A stretch of 64,000 bases of DNA from a virus (Duplodnaviria > Caudoviricetes): the IMG/VR virus record IMGVR_UViG_3300031993_000007, one strand, 5' to 3'. Positions 1 through 10,200 of the stretch are shown in pieces. The first letter of the stretch is position 1, and the number at the start of each line of letters is the position of its first letter. The notes below the pieces were generated by a model. The model was not told the origin of the DNA. It worked only from the letters and a program-made list of their open reading frames with translations, and did not search any database. Position numbers and translations under genes: made by a program.

Positions 1-360
1 AATAGCCACAACCTTTACGTTTCGGAATTGGGCATGAAGAACTTTGGCATCAATCATGTCTCTGACCCACCAGCTTCGGTTGATCAAAGGCGTGCCAAGA
101 TGGATATCCCATTCTTCTCCAACTTTTTCTACAAAGTAATGGAAAGGAACGTCGCCGCTCATTAGATCACTTCGGTAGTAATCGTCTACAGCGGTGTACT
201 TATAATCGTTATTGCGCTTGAGCCACGGCCTAAATCTGAATGCCTTACTGTCCTTGACCATGTTATGAAACGGAACTAAAAGCCAGCCCGGATCATAGGT
301 CTCTATAATAAGGTCTTCATAATTCAGCAAACGCTTTGGAGTCTTGTTGAATTGTATCAT
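1..360 (-). CDS. Hypothetical protein, 3' end beyond window; weak amidase-like motif
   Basis: Not in ORF track. ATG at 360 overlaps the upstream TGA (ATGA). Open to the edge: MIQFNKTPKRLL...VPFHYFVEKVGEEWDIHLGTPL... Confidence 0.7.
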   Translation of the reverse strand, partial: MIQFNKTPKRLLNYEDLIIETYDPGWLLVPFHNMVKDSKAFRFRPWLKRNNDYKYTAVDDYYRSDLMSGDVPFHYFVEKVGEEWDIHLGTPLINRSWWVRDMIDAKVLHAQFRNVKVVAI

Positions 361-902
361 TGGATAGTCACCATAGTTACAGCTCCGGTAGAAGACTTGG
401 TCAGTCTAGCTCCGAGAGAAGGTGTTATACTGATAAACCCAGTTTTAATTTGATTCAGAATGCTGTCGCAGTACTTTTCCATAAAGTCATCTACCGAGGC
501 ATTCTTATCAGTTGCATCAAAGCTTGGAAAGACAGTTACAATCATCCCAGCTGGATTAAAGGCTAATGGCGGAAAAGTTATTCCATTAGATTCGTCCCCA
601 TTAGAAATTAGACCGCCCTTTACAGCTGTAGAAAGATTGAGGTCGAAAGCTTCCTTTGTAGGAGCTGGCAAAAAGTCAAAAGTCGGAAAGGTCAATTTTC
701 CTTTAAAGGATGGCTCCAGATCTGGCGTTGGAGGAGTGCCGGGAATAGCACCTTCATAAGATAGAGTGATATCAATATTTTTTTCTAGATACGTCTTGAT
801 TGTATCTTGATACTTAGAGCGAATGGTGTCACCTTCCTTGGCAGGATCTAGATTTTCCAATGCGCTCTTAATCTCTCTAGCTAGGTCTTTTCCTTTCAAC
901 AT
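357..902 (-). CDS. Hypothetical virion/baseplate-associated protein
   Basis: Start moved to ATG 902 (MLKGKDL), just after the spike gene stop. Confidence 0.7.
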   Translation of the reverse strand: MLKGKDLAREIKSALENLDPAKEGDTIRSKYQDTIKTYLEKNIDITLSYEGAIPGTPPTPDLEPSFKGKLTFPTFDFLPAPTKEAFDLNLSTAVKGGLISNGDESNGITFPPLAFNPAGMIVTVFPSFDATDKNASVDDFMEKYCDSILNQIKTGFISITPSLGARLTKSSTGAVTMVTIQ

Positions 903-903
903 C

Positions 904-1683
904 TTATAATACCTTTTGTCCGCCCTTAAGGTCGGAGATAGCAGGTTCGCCGCCGTGGATGAATCCTCCAAGCGGACAATTCGGAACGATATTAGGCTTC
1001 CAAAGGATAGCGCCTTTTGGAGTATTGAGGACAATCTCATTTCCAGAAATGGCTAGCTTGTCTCCAATGATGTTTATCGCTCCATCCTTTTTCATTTCGA
1101 TCTTTGCTGCGGAACTCTTAGTCATCACATCGATGGTTCCATTCTTAGAATCAATCTTGATTCCAGATCCGTCGGGAAGCTCCACATAGAACGTGTCATC
1201 CAGATATACATCCTTAACGCTTGTGAAGGAGAAGCCAATCTTAGACCCACCTGGAGTTTCGTGGATCACAGCATCATCGATATCCTTAGAGCGTTTGCAA
1301 CGGTCACCCGGCCCAAACGGAAGATAATACAGCTGCGTTGGATCGCCATCCAGAAAAAACACGAACACAGACGTTCCCACTCTGGGAATAATCCACTCGC
1401 CAAAATCCTTACCACACCGGCTTGCTCGCTTTGCCCATAGGTAGTTGACACCATTTACGATAGCCGTACCAGATACAGCATTAGCATCGTCATCTTTCGA
1501 TGATTCTTTGTCTACAATTAGGATGGAATCCTCTTCTTCGGAAGAATTAGGGATTAGACCCATCACTCTAGAAATGAATACTCCGACCCTACCTTCCTTC
1601 TTGGGATCATTACGATTAAGGACTACGCCTTCCATCAGTCCGTGTAAATTTACACCCGGCTTTAAGTTATTTATGAGACTCAT
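904..1683 (-). CDS. Baseplate central spike (T4 gp5 / gpV / VgrG OB-fold type)
   Basis: GVVLNRNDPKKEGRVGV...WAKR...IPRVGTSVFVFFLDGDP is the gp5 N-terminal OB pattern; beta-helix-like middle; C-terminal CPLGGFIH tip. Confidence 0.8.
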   Translation of the reverse strand: MSLINNLKPGVNLHGLMEGVVLNRNDPKKEGRVGVFISRVMGLIPNSSEEEDSILIVDKESSKDDDANAVSGTAIVNGVNYLWAKRASRCGKDFGEWIIPRVGTSVFVFFLDGDPTQLYYLPFGPGDRCKRSKDIDDAVIHETPGGSKIGFSFTSVKDVYLDDTFYVELPDGSGIKIDSKNGTIDVMTKSSAAKIEMKKDGAINIIGDKLAISGNEIVLNTPKGAILWKPNIVPNCPLGGFIHGGEPAISDLKGGQKVL

Positions 1684-1716
1684 AATTTTCCTTTATTCAG
1701 ATAGATCGAACATCTA

Positions 1717-1728
1717 CATTGAAGAGTT
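1717..1728 (-). promoter_or_regulatory. Putative late promoter AACTCTTCAATG
   Basis: AACW-N4-AW-TR motif upstream of the spike gene. Confidence 0.55.
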
Positions 1729-1753
1729 CAACTATGAATCATATAGGTGAAAT

Positions 1754-1936
1754 ATGCCAAATCCGAAATCTAAAAAAGATCTGGAAGATCTTATTAATCT
1801 TTGTAAGGAAGAGAAGTGCGAACTTCAGAGCCTAATCTCTAGATCCAAAGAAAGAATCAAGGAGCTGGATGCTAAGATTGAAAAGGCTTCTAAGGAACTG
1901 AACGGACAGATCGATCTATTTGAAGGACTGATGTAA
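1754..1936 (+). CDS. Small coiled-coil protein
   Basis: 60 aa, heptad pattern, TAATG overlap with helicase start. Confidence 0.7.
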   Translation: MPNPKSKKDLEDLINLCKEEKCELQSLISRSKERIKELDAKIEKASKELNGQIDLFEGLM

Positions 1937-3204
1937 TGGAGTTTGATCCAAAACAACTTGAAGCCATAGCTGCTGTAAAGCATTGGTTTATTTACGACAA
2001 GACGAACAAGCAATCTTTTACGCTAGCTGGGCGAGCTGGAACTGGTAAGAGCACTATCATCAAAGAGGCCATTACACAACTGGGTTTAGGCCCGGATGAC
2101 GTTGCGTTCATCGCTCCAACTGGTAAAGCCGCTGAAGTGATGCGCAGCAAAGGTATTTTGAATGCAAAGACGCTTCATAAGCTGATTTACATCTTGAAAG
2201 ATGAAGTAGACAAAGACAACGAGAAGATTCATATCGATGGCATTGAAGACATCATTCAGCGTATGAAGAACGGCGAAAATGTCACTTCTGAAATCCATTC
2301 AAAGATCAACAAAGCTCGTGTATCTGCAACGGTAAATCGTCCGGATTTGGAATTCATCTTGAAGCCAGAACTTCCGGGAGAATTCAAGCTGATAGTAGTA
2401 GACGAAGCTTCTATGGTGGACGATCGCCAGATTGAAGATCTTGAAAGTTTCCACGTTCCAGTTTTGTATATCGGCGATCACCGTCAGCTTAAGCCTGTAA
2501 AGGGTTTTAATAGCCGTATTTCTGAGCCTGATTTTACTTTGGAAGTTATCCATCGCCAAGGTGGAGACAGTGGGATCTTGACTCTAGCTAACAGCATACT
2601 GGATTCTGTAAATGGCTACATTCCTAGAAGATGGCAAAACACCTCTGATACTATCGTAATGGACTTTGGAAGTTTCATGGATCGTTTCATCAAGTATGGC
2701 ATCGAATGGCCTGACCAACTTCTGTGCTGTAAGAATGCCATTCGCCAAGCTTTGAATGCCTATGTACGACAGAAGATGGGTTTCACCAAACCCATTCCAG
2801 AGATCGGCGACAAGTTGATCTGTCTCCGTAACAACTACGAGATCGATCTTTATAACGGCCTTCAGGGAACTGTAGAAGAGGTTGATGATATCTCTGAGAG
2901 TATCCTTGGAATCAACTTCCGAAGACAGAATGGAGAAGCATCTTTCATTGCAATAGACAAGAGCATCTTCTTGCCGGGTATTCCTCCAGCGCCAAAGGGA
3001 ACTGACTTATTTGACTTTGGCTATGCCGTAACCGTTCATAAGTCTCAGGGCAGTGAATGGAGAAACGTGTCATACATTTCTGGATTCTTTGGTCAAGAGA
3101 CAAGGTCTTTAAATTATACAGCAGTAACCCGAGCGAGCGAAAAGCTTGTAGTAGTTAGACCACCATCTTCGGCTGAAGTAGATAGACTTCTCTCTTTGAT
3201 CTAA
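1936..3204 (+). CDS. dda: SF1B DNA helicase (Dda/RecD2-like)
   Basis: GRAGTGKS, DEASM, GDHRQLKPV, HRQ, YAVTVHKSQGSEW, YTAVTRA. Confidence 0.9.
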   Translation: MEFDPKQLEAIAAVKHWFIYDKTNKQSFTLAGRAGTGKSTIIKEAITQLGLGPDDVAFIAPTGKAAEVMRSKGILNAKTLHKLIYILKDEVDKDNEKIHIDGIEDIIQRMKNGENVTSEIHSKINKARVSATVNRPDLEFILKPELPGEFKLIVVDEASMVDDRQIEDLESFHVPVLYIGDHRQLKPVKGFNSRISEPDFTLEVIHRQGGDSGILTLANSILDSVNGYIPRRWQNTSDTIVMDFGSFMDRFIKYGIEWPDQLLCCKNAIRQALNAYVRQKMGFTKPIPEIGDKLICLRNNYEIDLYNGLQGTVEEVDDISESILGINFRRQNGEASFIAIDKSIFLPGIPPAPKGTDLFDFGYAVTVHKSQGSEWRNVSYISGFFGQETRSLNYTAVTRASEKLVVVRPPSSAEVDRLLSLI

Positions 3205-3208
3205 AAAA

Positions 3209-3232
3209 AAACGCTAGCAAACGCTAGCGTTT
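3209..3232. terminator. Bidirectional intrinsic terminator
   Basis: AAACGCTAGC-aaac-GCTAGCGTTT between convergent genes. Confidence 0.8.
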
Positions 3233-3233
3233 A

Positions 3234-3770
3234 TTATTTGCTTATCATCCGTCTAGTTGACTCCGGAAATAATTTCGGATACTGTAACGGATTGGTTCGT
3301 ATTTCCTTAGCAATCTCGTCTGTTAGCATTTTTCTAATTTCGTATCCATCAACTTTTGGATTTATAAAAGCTCTGGTTCCATAATTTATAGCTCTGGTTT
3401 CATATCCATCAATTTTTGGACTTGTACAAGCTAAAGCGTTTATGATGTTCTGATTACGAAATAACGAGGCCAGCTCGGATAGTTCTTCCTTTTGTAAAGT
3501 ATGATTTCCGTATCCGCAGTGTAAACCTACAGTCTTCATGCCTTCTATAAGAGGAGTCAACTTCAGGTTATTGTCAGATCCGGTAGACCCATAGTACACA
3601 TCTATAATTAGCCCTACGACATTCTTTATTTCATTGGCCATCAAAATGCCATCCAAGATGTCTTTAATGCTATCTTGTAAGCCTTCTTCTATTTCTATCT
3701 CCATTTCTAATTTTTGGGATTCTTTAGGAATTGAATTTTCTAAGGCTTCTTCGATCTCGTTGCTATCCAT
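3234..3770 (-). CDS. Hypothetical; divergent DP-turn family member
   Basis: EIAKEIRTNPLQYP; N-terminus EIEEALENSI. Confidence 0.75.
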   Translation of the reverse strand: MDSNEIEEALENSIPKESQKLEMEIEIEEGLQDSIKDILDGILMANEIKNVVGLIIDVYYGSTGSDNNLKLTPLIEGMKTVGLHCGYGNHTLQKEELSELASLFRNQNIINALACTSPKIDGYETRAINYGTRAFINPKVDGYEIRKMLTDEIAKEIRTNPLQYPKLFPESTRRMISK

Positions 3771-4128
3771 TAGTACCTCTATTCAAAACGAAAGTAGAGA
3801 AATTAGGAGCAAGACGCTCGAATTTTATTGGATCTAATTGGATGGCTTTCATGAGGTAGTCAATCATGGCTTTGTTCGCATGAGTAGTAGCTACTTTGTG
3901 ATACAAAGCTAATTGCATTCCTTCTATAGTATTAAAGAAATCTATAATCATCTCTGCGTCGGCTTTACTTATAAATTTATTGCCTATTTGAGAGATTGCA
4001 GGAGACTTTGGACTACTGATAGATCTGGTGATTCCCACGGTAAATACTTTCCAGTAAATATCAGCTAGTCCAGCTATCTCCTCAACGATTTCTTTTGGTT
4101 GATCTAAACGAACATTTGGATTTTCCAT
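3763..4128 (-). CDS. Hypothetical; DP-turn family
   Basis: Start at ATG 4128 (TAATG overlap); LMKAIQLDPIKF. Confidence 0.75.
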   Translation of the reverse strand: MENPNVRLDQPKEIVEEIAGLADIYWKVFTVGITRSISSPKSPAISQIGNKFISKADAEMIIDFFNTIEGMQLALYHKVATTHANKAMIDYLMKAIQLDPIKFERLAPNFSTFVLNRGTNG

Positions 4129-4559
4129 TAGGCTTTCTCCGAAGAAGTCATGTAAAGAGCTGCCAAGGTCGATATCCTCGGGACATTCATCCAATCAATA
4201 GGATTAGCTTCAATATCCTTGAGAATAGCGTCTCGCATTATGGCCATAGCTGGAGGATCTATATTCTGAAGTCCTGAAGCAGCCTTGAATATCTCCAAAG
4301 CTACTTCAATCTTTCCAAAAGTTAGTTCCCATGCTTTCACAACAGCATCTACAAACGACTTGGAATAGTTATATGGCTCTAACATCGTAAGATCTTTGAG
4401 ATTATCATCTTTTAAAGATCGATTGTTATCTCGGAGATTCCGCTGAATCAGAATCACTGCCTTGATAAGATACTCAATTTCTTGGATAGCCAAGTAAGCT
4501 GATGCATCTATCTTAGTATTCTCTTTTAAGTATTCTTTTCTAGCATTCTCTTCTGTCAT
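4128..4559 (-). CDS. Hypothetical; divergent DP-turn family
   Basis: ILKDIEANPIDW. Confidence 0.75.
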   Translation of the reverse strand: MTEENARKEYLKENTKIDASAYLAIQEIEYLIKAVILIQRNLRDNNRSLKDDNLKDLTMLEPYNYSKSFVDAVVKAWELTFGKIEVALEIFKAASGLQNIDPPAMAIMRDAILKDIEANPIDWMNVPRISTLAALYMTSSEKA

Positions 4560-4933
4560 TTTGTTGAATCCTCTATAAAGAATTTTGCTATGTCAATGTA
4601 AACTGACCATTCAAAAGGTCTGATCAGCACATCATTAACCACAGCTTGTGTCAGGTAAGTAAAGAAATTAGAACAATCTCCGGCCTTTATCAATGCAGAG
4701 AATAAGAAGCCAGCTACAAAACACTCAGTTCCAACAGAAGAGCTATTTTCTAATTTAAGAAATCGAAGTAACTCTTGCTCTATACTTCTTAAATACAAGA
4801 ATGCGGAATTGTAGTCGCTACAATATCCTGCGGTTCTTTCCTTATCTATTTCTAAAAACTTTCGAACAATCGAAGCGCACTCTAAATAGAGCATCGCCTC
4901 GGCTTCTTGTTTAGATAGATAATCAAACGCCAT
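4556..4933 (-). CDS. Hypothetical; possible DP-turn family
   Basis: VVNDVLIRPFEW; EAMLYLE also seen as EALLYLE in 57013..57603. Confidence 0.7.
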   Translation of the reverse strand: MAFDYLSKQEAEAMLYLECASIVRKFLEIDKERTAGYCSDYNSAFLYLRSIEQELLRFLKLENSSSVGTECFVAGFLFSALIKAGDCSNFFTYLTQAVVNDVLIRPFEWSVYIDIAKFFIEDSTK

Positions 4934-5513
4934 CGGTATTTATCCATTCAAAAGATTTACCTTCTTCTTCATTGAAGTATTCGGTCTTGAGAAATTCTTC
5001 GAGCTCTTTAATATTCCTGAGCCTTTCAGAACCGTAGCTTGCAAGAGTAAAATACTTCTCGATGAATACCTGTTCTTGCTCTACAAAATTATGACGAATG
5101 AGATCGTCTGCCGTAACAGAAAGCTGAACCCAGACTCTAGTTTCAAATTCCGGATAGGCGCACATCATGTTTGCAGCAGATTCGACTTCTTCCTTGTCAG
5201 GCCCAACAAGATATCCGGCTAGGCCGCTATCCCACTGGTCTACCTTTCCACTTCCACGATAGAAAGAGATTCCAGAATGGATATACGCACCCATCGGAGT
5301 AGGGTTCTGCCAAGACGGATCCACTTCTCCTTCATACTTCTTGTCTTTTCCAGAAACTTCGTACCCGGTTAGGTTGGAGTAAAAGTCTACTTCGCTTGGC
5401 CAGTTATCAGACAGAGCAATCTCTTCAGGTACTGACACAGATATAAGAGCATAGACATCTTTGTTAGATTTGCTCCATTTGAGTTTTGCGATTAAATGTA
5501 AGTTAGAGCTCAT
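4923..5513 (-). CDS. Hypothetical protein with YxHSG...WDSG motif
   Basis: AYIHSGISF...WDSGLAGY. Confidence 0.75.
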   Translation of the reverse strand: MSSNLHLIAKLKWSKSNKDVYALISVSVPEEIALSDNWPSEVDFYSNLTGYEVSGKDKKYEGEVDPSWQNPTPMGAYIHSGISFYRGSGKVDQWDSGLAGYLVGPDKEEVESAANMMCAYPEFETRVWVQLSVTADDLIRHNFVEQEQVFIEKYFTLASYGSERLRNIKELEEFLKTEYFNEEEGKSFEWINTDGV

Positions 5514-6303
5514 TTTTAACTCCCATGTTTAAAGGATTAATCAGGTAAATCATTTTATTATTGTCCTCTACAAGACTAATAATGTGACTAGACTTTTCCA
5601 GAACGTCCATCTCAACAAGATCATCTATTAAGATCGTAGACCTCTCTCCAGACTTGAGACGTTGGCCACGGATATCTGCTAGAAAACAGTTGGTCTTGCA
5701 AAGACCAAATTCTTTCATCATTCCGGGGCAGATAGCTCGGTCAAAATCTTCCGGCAGAAGATACTTGTCTTCGATAGCTCCTCGAACTGAGAGATCTTTG
5801 GTGTAGACACTACCTTGCATATCCAACGGAACCCCTAATTCAGCAAAAATGATTTTGACCAGGTGCTGTATGTCCAAAGAGCGTGTAGGGTGATCAAGAT
5901 CTTTGTCTGTCAGACCCCAAGTAAAGAAATTCACTCTGTAAGGTTTGTAGCTACCATCATTCATATTACCCATCGTCTTCAGGAACCTAAAAGTACTTTC
6001 GCAACCCTTCAGGAACTTAGAAATATTTTCGCAATTCTCTTTCAAAATGTTACAGTCATTCAGATTGTCAATGACCGTTCCTTCGAAGTCTATATAGATC
6101 TCACTCTTGTACTTTACTTCTTCATTCGTGGCAGGCTTAATTGGCCTAGGCTCACGGTTCGGACAATCCTCAAACTTCGGACACTTCCGGCACGCAGATA
6201 TGTTATGATAGAAATAGCACATCGTATTTTCTTTTGCATATCCCGGTGCTTTCATAAGCTCTTCAATGAAATCATCAAATTCTTGTCCATCTGCCATTGA
6301 CAT
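5503..6303 (-). CDS. HAD-like phosphatase fold with N-terminal Cys cluster
   Basis: Start ATG 6303 after AAAGGAG; IYIDFEGTVID (motif I variant), TILIDD (motif IV), C-x8-CxxC-x5-C. Confidence 0.5.
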   Translation of the reverse strand: MSMADGQEFDDFIEELMKAPGYAKENTMCYFYHNISACRKCPKFEDCPNREPRPIKPATNEEVKYKSEIYIDFEGTVIDNLNDCNILKENCENISKFLKGCESTFRFLKTMGNMNDGSYKPYRVNFFTWGLTDKDLDHPTRSLDIQHLVKIIFAELGVPLDMQGSVYTKDLSVRGAIEDKYLLPEDFDRAICPGMMKEFGLCKTNCFLADIRGQRLKSGERSTILIDDLVEMDVLEKSSHIISLVEDNNKMIYLINPLNMGVKNEL

Positions 6304-6332
6304 TTTAACTCCTTTGAAATTAGTGCAAAGAA

Positions 6333-6370
6333 TAATATAAATATGGAAATCCCGAAGGATTTCCATATTT
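6333..6370 (-). promoter_or_regulatory. Terminator (14-bp stem, UUCG loop) overlapping early promoter TATATTA
   Basis: Hairpin 6339-6370; TAATATA (plus strand) at 6333-6339. Confidence 0.75.
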
Positions 6371-6389
6371 AATCTCTGTTTGAGAGCAA

Positions 6390-7178
6390 TTATTCTGCAC
6401 CAAAGTTGCCAACGTTTTCGGTCTGGAGGCAGGCGATGGAAGCGAAGGAGCTCAAGGTGGCGGCAGCATATTCAAGCACACCTGCACCGAACCAGCGGTC
6501 AGCTGTAAAGCTCTGTTCCACAGTCACGCCTTCCTGAGAACCCTGCTGGAAGTTCAGATGAGAGCGCTGAATCTTCAGAGGTTGGACGTTAGTGTAGTAC
6601 GTTGCATCTTCGATATCGTAAGCAATCTGACGAGCAGCTTCGCCAATCTTACCAGCAGACGGCTTGAGCTGGACATAAAGCAATTCGCCAGTATGGTTAC
6701 GAGCGGCATAATCTACGCCATGTTCTGCCGGGTAAGTAGCAATACCGGAGTGCGGGTCACGGATAGAGCTAACCCAGTAGTTGTAGGCTTCAATGATCGG
6801 GGATCCGGCATATTCGTTGTGGCTCATGGTGAAGCCAGAACCCTTAGAGCCGATGGCACCGCTGAACTGGCTTTCGTTGCCAGTAAAGCCGATCTGAACG
6901 CCGACAGGAGAGATTTCGATGTCGTCGTTACCCTGGAAGCTCTTCAGGTTCTTCTCGGTGATAGCCGGGAAATAATCGAATGTCTTAGTGAACCAAGACG
7001 GCAGACGGATCCACTTAATAAACGCATAACCAGTGATCAGCGGGTCAAGAGGAAGGGTCTTAGTATTGAATCCACCAGTGTAGAAGGTATCGGTCTTTGC
7101 CTGTTCTGCACTATCGTTGTGAAGAGAAATAGCGCTCGTGGCTCGACGTAACCCGTAATTTGATCCTTTATAGGCCAT
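6390..7178 (-). CDS. Tail tube protein
   Basis: 262 aa directly downstream of sheath; YNYWVSSIRDPHSG, GELLYVQLKP, YYTNVQP tube-like pattern. Confidence 0.75.
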   Translation of the reverse strand: MAYKGSNYGLRRATSAISLHNDSAEQAKTDTFYTGGFNTKTLPLDPLITGYAFIKWIRLPSWFTKTFDYFPAITEKNLKSFQGNDDIEISPVGVQIGFTGNESQFSGAIGSKGSGFTMSHNEYAGSPIIEAYNYWVSSIRDPHSGIATYPAEHGVDYAARNHTGELLYVQLKPSAGKIGEAARQIAYDIEDATYYTNVQPLKIQRSHLNFQQGSQEGVTVEQSFTADRWFGAGVLEYAAATLSSFASIACLQTENVGNFGAE

Positions 7179-7210
7179 AATTTTTTGTCCTTATTTAAAG
7201 AAAAAAGAAG

Positions 7211-7238
7211 AAAGAGGGGCGAGATTCGCCCCATCTTT
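7211..7238 (-). terminator. Hairpin plus U-tract between sheath and tube
   Basis: GGGGCGA/TCGCCCC stem followed by T-rich run on minus strand. Confidence 0.55.
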
Positions 7239-7247
7239 CAGGGAAGG

Positions 7248-10200
7248 TTACACACGGTTCACGATAAAGTTGAACGCAAAGCGCTCGATGATATCGGTGA
7301 ACGCAACGTCCACGTCAACACGGCAAATACGCTGCTGGCGATCGTAGTCAGAGGTGTTAATCACCGGAGTGATGTATTCATAGCCACCTGCCAACACATA
7401 GCTCGTAGCGATTTCGTTCAGTTCGGTCTGGAGGAGACCATACACATCGGAAGTCGCAAACTCACTACGGTAGTTACGGCTGACGGCCACCATGCTACGA
7501 CGGAGGCGCAACAGAGTTCGCACCGCATGGATGAGGGTCAAGGGGGTGTTCTTAGTCTGGGTCGTCAACTCGGTCGCAAACACCGTAGCGATGTTATCAC
7601 GTTCGATGTAGTTGATCTGGTTGCGATAGAGCTGATCCTTTTCAGGTTCAGTCGGAATCCAGCTGACAGAGTTAAATCCAGACACAACGCCACGGTTCGG
7701 GCCAACGAAGTTAACCGCCGGACTGTAAGCCGTATCGTTGAGAGGAATCTTGCTTGCCAAGAAGAAGGTCGGAGTAACCTTAACAGGCTTGCCGCTCCAT
7801 TCATCCGTAATTTCAAGATGCTGCGTGAAGATAGACGTATAGAACGTATCGTAGTTCATACTGTTCTTACGCATGTCGATAGCTTGCTGGGCATTTGCAG
7901 TGGAGATACCCTGGTCAAGGATCGTTACGCAGTCCTGACGGATCACAGAACTCAGCTCGTTCATAGCAGTCTTGACCATCACCGGATAGTTACAGTCCAT
8001 CACCATGTCGAACACGCAGAGGTTGATGTTCGTAACGATAGCGTCTGTAGTACCGTTGTAGGCCTTGACAAGAGCTTCTTCAAGCGTGGAGTTCGTAATG
8101 AGCTCGCCTTCTTCATTTTCGTGTTCGTAGCCCCAGCCACGACCATGAGAACCACCGCCGAGATAGAGCGAGTTGGTGCTGGAAAGCGTCTGGAAGAGAT
8201 ACAGAGACACGAACGGTTCGAGATAGGTCTGTTCGCCTTCGTCATCATACAACGTGGTATCAAGATGACAGAGGTTGGTATCATAACCGATAGCGCTCAT
8301 AAGGCTCTTGATCTCGTACTGAGCGAGAGCTGTTTCCTTATAGCCTTCGCCGAAGATACGATCGTTGAACTGATCCAGATCAATCTGGTTGTAAATGTAC
8401 TTCACAACAGCATCAACCGGAACAACGATTTCGTTACCGTCTTCATCTTCAATAGGCTTGTTGTCATCCGTGTGGACGCCAATCTTAGCATCAATGAAGT
8501 TGGAGAGGTTGTCGTAGTTCACCACGCAAGTGAGATACTTGGAGAAGCGGTTAACCACATCTTCGATGAAGAGACTTTCCTTAGCAGCAGAAACGGCATC
8601 CGGATCCAGAGAAACATTGAATGCTTCACGAGATACTTCGCCGCCATCAAGCTTTTCAGAAATAGTCAGACGGAACATGCTCCATTCGGTGTACGTGCGA
8701 TCCATCGAGTCGTCATAAGCGAGGTTGACGGACAGACGGTTGTACCACTTACCAGAACCCTTAGGCAAGAAGCGGAGGAATTCTGCGTAGCAAGCAGACT
8801 GCGGACGGAGACTTGCAATGTCCCGAGTCTGAATCTTGTCAAGAGTGGAACCGACCACACGGCCCTTAGCAGAGTTTGCACGCTGCTCGATAACTTCATC
8901 GTCATCCGCATGATAGCTGCTGCCCTGAAGATCAAAGACAGAATACGGAGTAGCAACGAAGCCGATAGCGTTGTAGCCAGCGTGAGAGTAGTCAGCGTTG
9001 GGCTCAAAGTTACCCTTGCTGCCACCCGTCTTGTAATGAGCAACCACCTTTCTTTCAGGATAGTAGGCATATTCGCCAGTGCTCTTACCAGTGATAACCA
9101 CAGGATGATCCGGATCGTCCTTAGCAGCCTTAGCCGTAAAGAACGAAGTATCCAGAGCCGTAGCATCAAAGACCATACGAATGCCCCAGAGGCTATCGCT
9201 GTCAATGAACACGCTTCTGTAAGACGGAGCATAATGGATATCGACCGTGGTCGAACCATTGTCACCATCGCCTTCAACAGTGCAGTCTGCATTGCGGATC
9301 ATTTCACGAAGGAAGGAGTTCGTCTTTAGCTGAGCATACCAAGAATTGATAGCTTCGACATTCAAGAGATAAGTGTTCGACTCACTCATCTTGAGGTACA
9401 TTCCAGTGCCTTCGGTATTGACCAGATTCCTGAACGAGCCAGAAATCAGCTCTTGCGGGAATTCGGACGCCGTAAACGTGGTGGTGCGGAAAACGTACTT
9501 ACCCGGCGTTTCTTCGACAAACAGGTTAGCGAGATCACTAGATTCGTCAACCAAGGTCTGATATTCAGCAGCGCTAAGATAGCCCTTACCATTGCAGATA
9601 TTGCCGAACTTGACGATCGTGTTGCCGTTTTCGTTTTCGTCAGGAGCGAAAGTCATGAAGTTCGTTCCGCCGACCTTCTTGAGAAGAGCAATAAGGTCAG
9701 TAGCTACGAAGCTTTCAGTCCTATCTCCGCCTTCATTGTCGCTGAAGAACAGCTGAATATTATCTTCGGACATCGAAGAAATCTTGGAAGACATAGTGTA
9801 GCGAACAACAGGTTTAGTGGTGTAAGCACTTGTTCCGTACACATATTGACTTTCGTTGGGAGCAGTGTTGAGGTCAACAGCTTCCCAGCGCTCATCGAGG
9901 TTGTTGAGGTTGTAGTAAGCAACTTCAGGATCGGTGGAAGTCTTGGAAGAAAGCGCATTGCCGTTTTCGTCATTCACGAAGTACAACTTCTGAAGATCGT
10001 AATAACCAGTACTCGGACTAGAAATCAAGACTTCAGTGTTGATTGCAGTAAGCACTCTGAGTTCCATTTCGTCAGCAAAGATAGCGAATCCCTGAGAGGT
10101 AACGATAACGTTGCCATTCTGATCTTCAAGAGCAGAGCCGCTATTGCCACCATCGGTGCTACTAAACTGGCTACCAAGAGCGAACAGATTTTCGTCCAGC

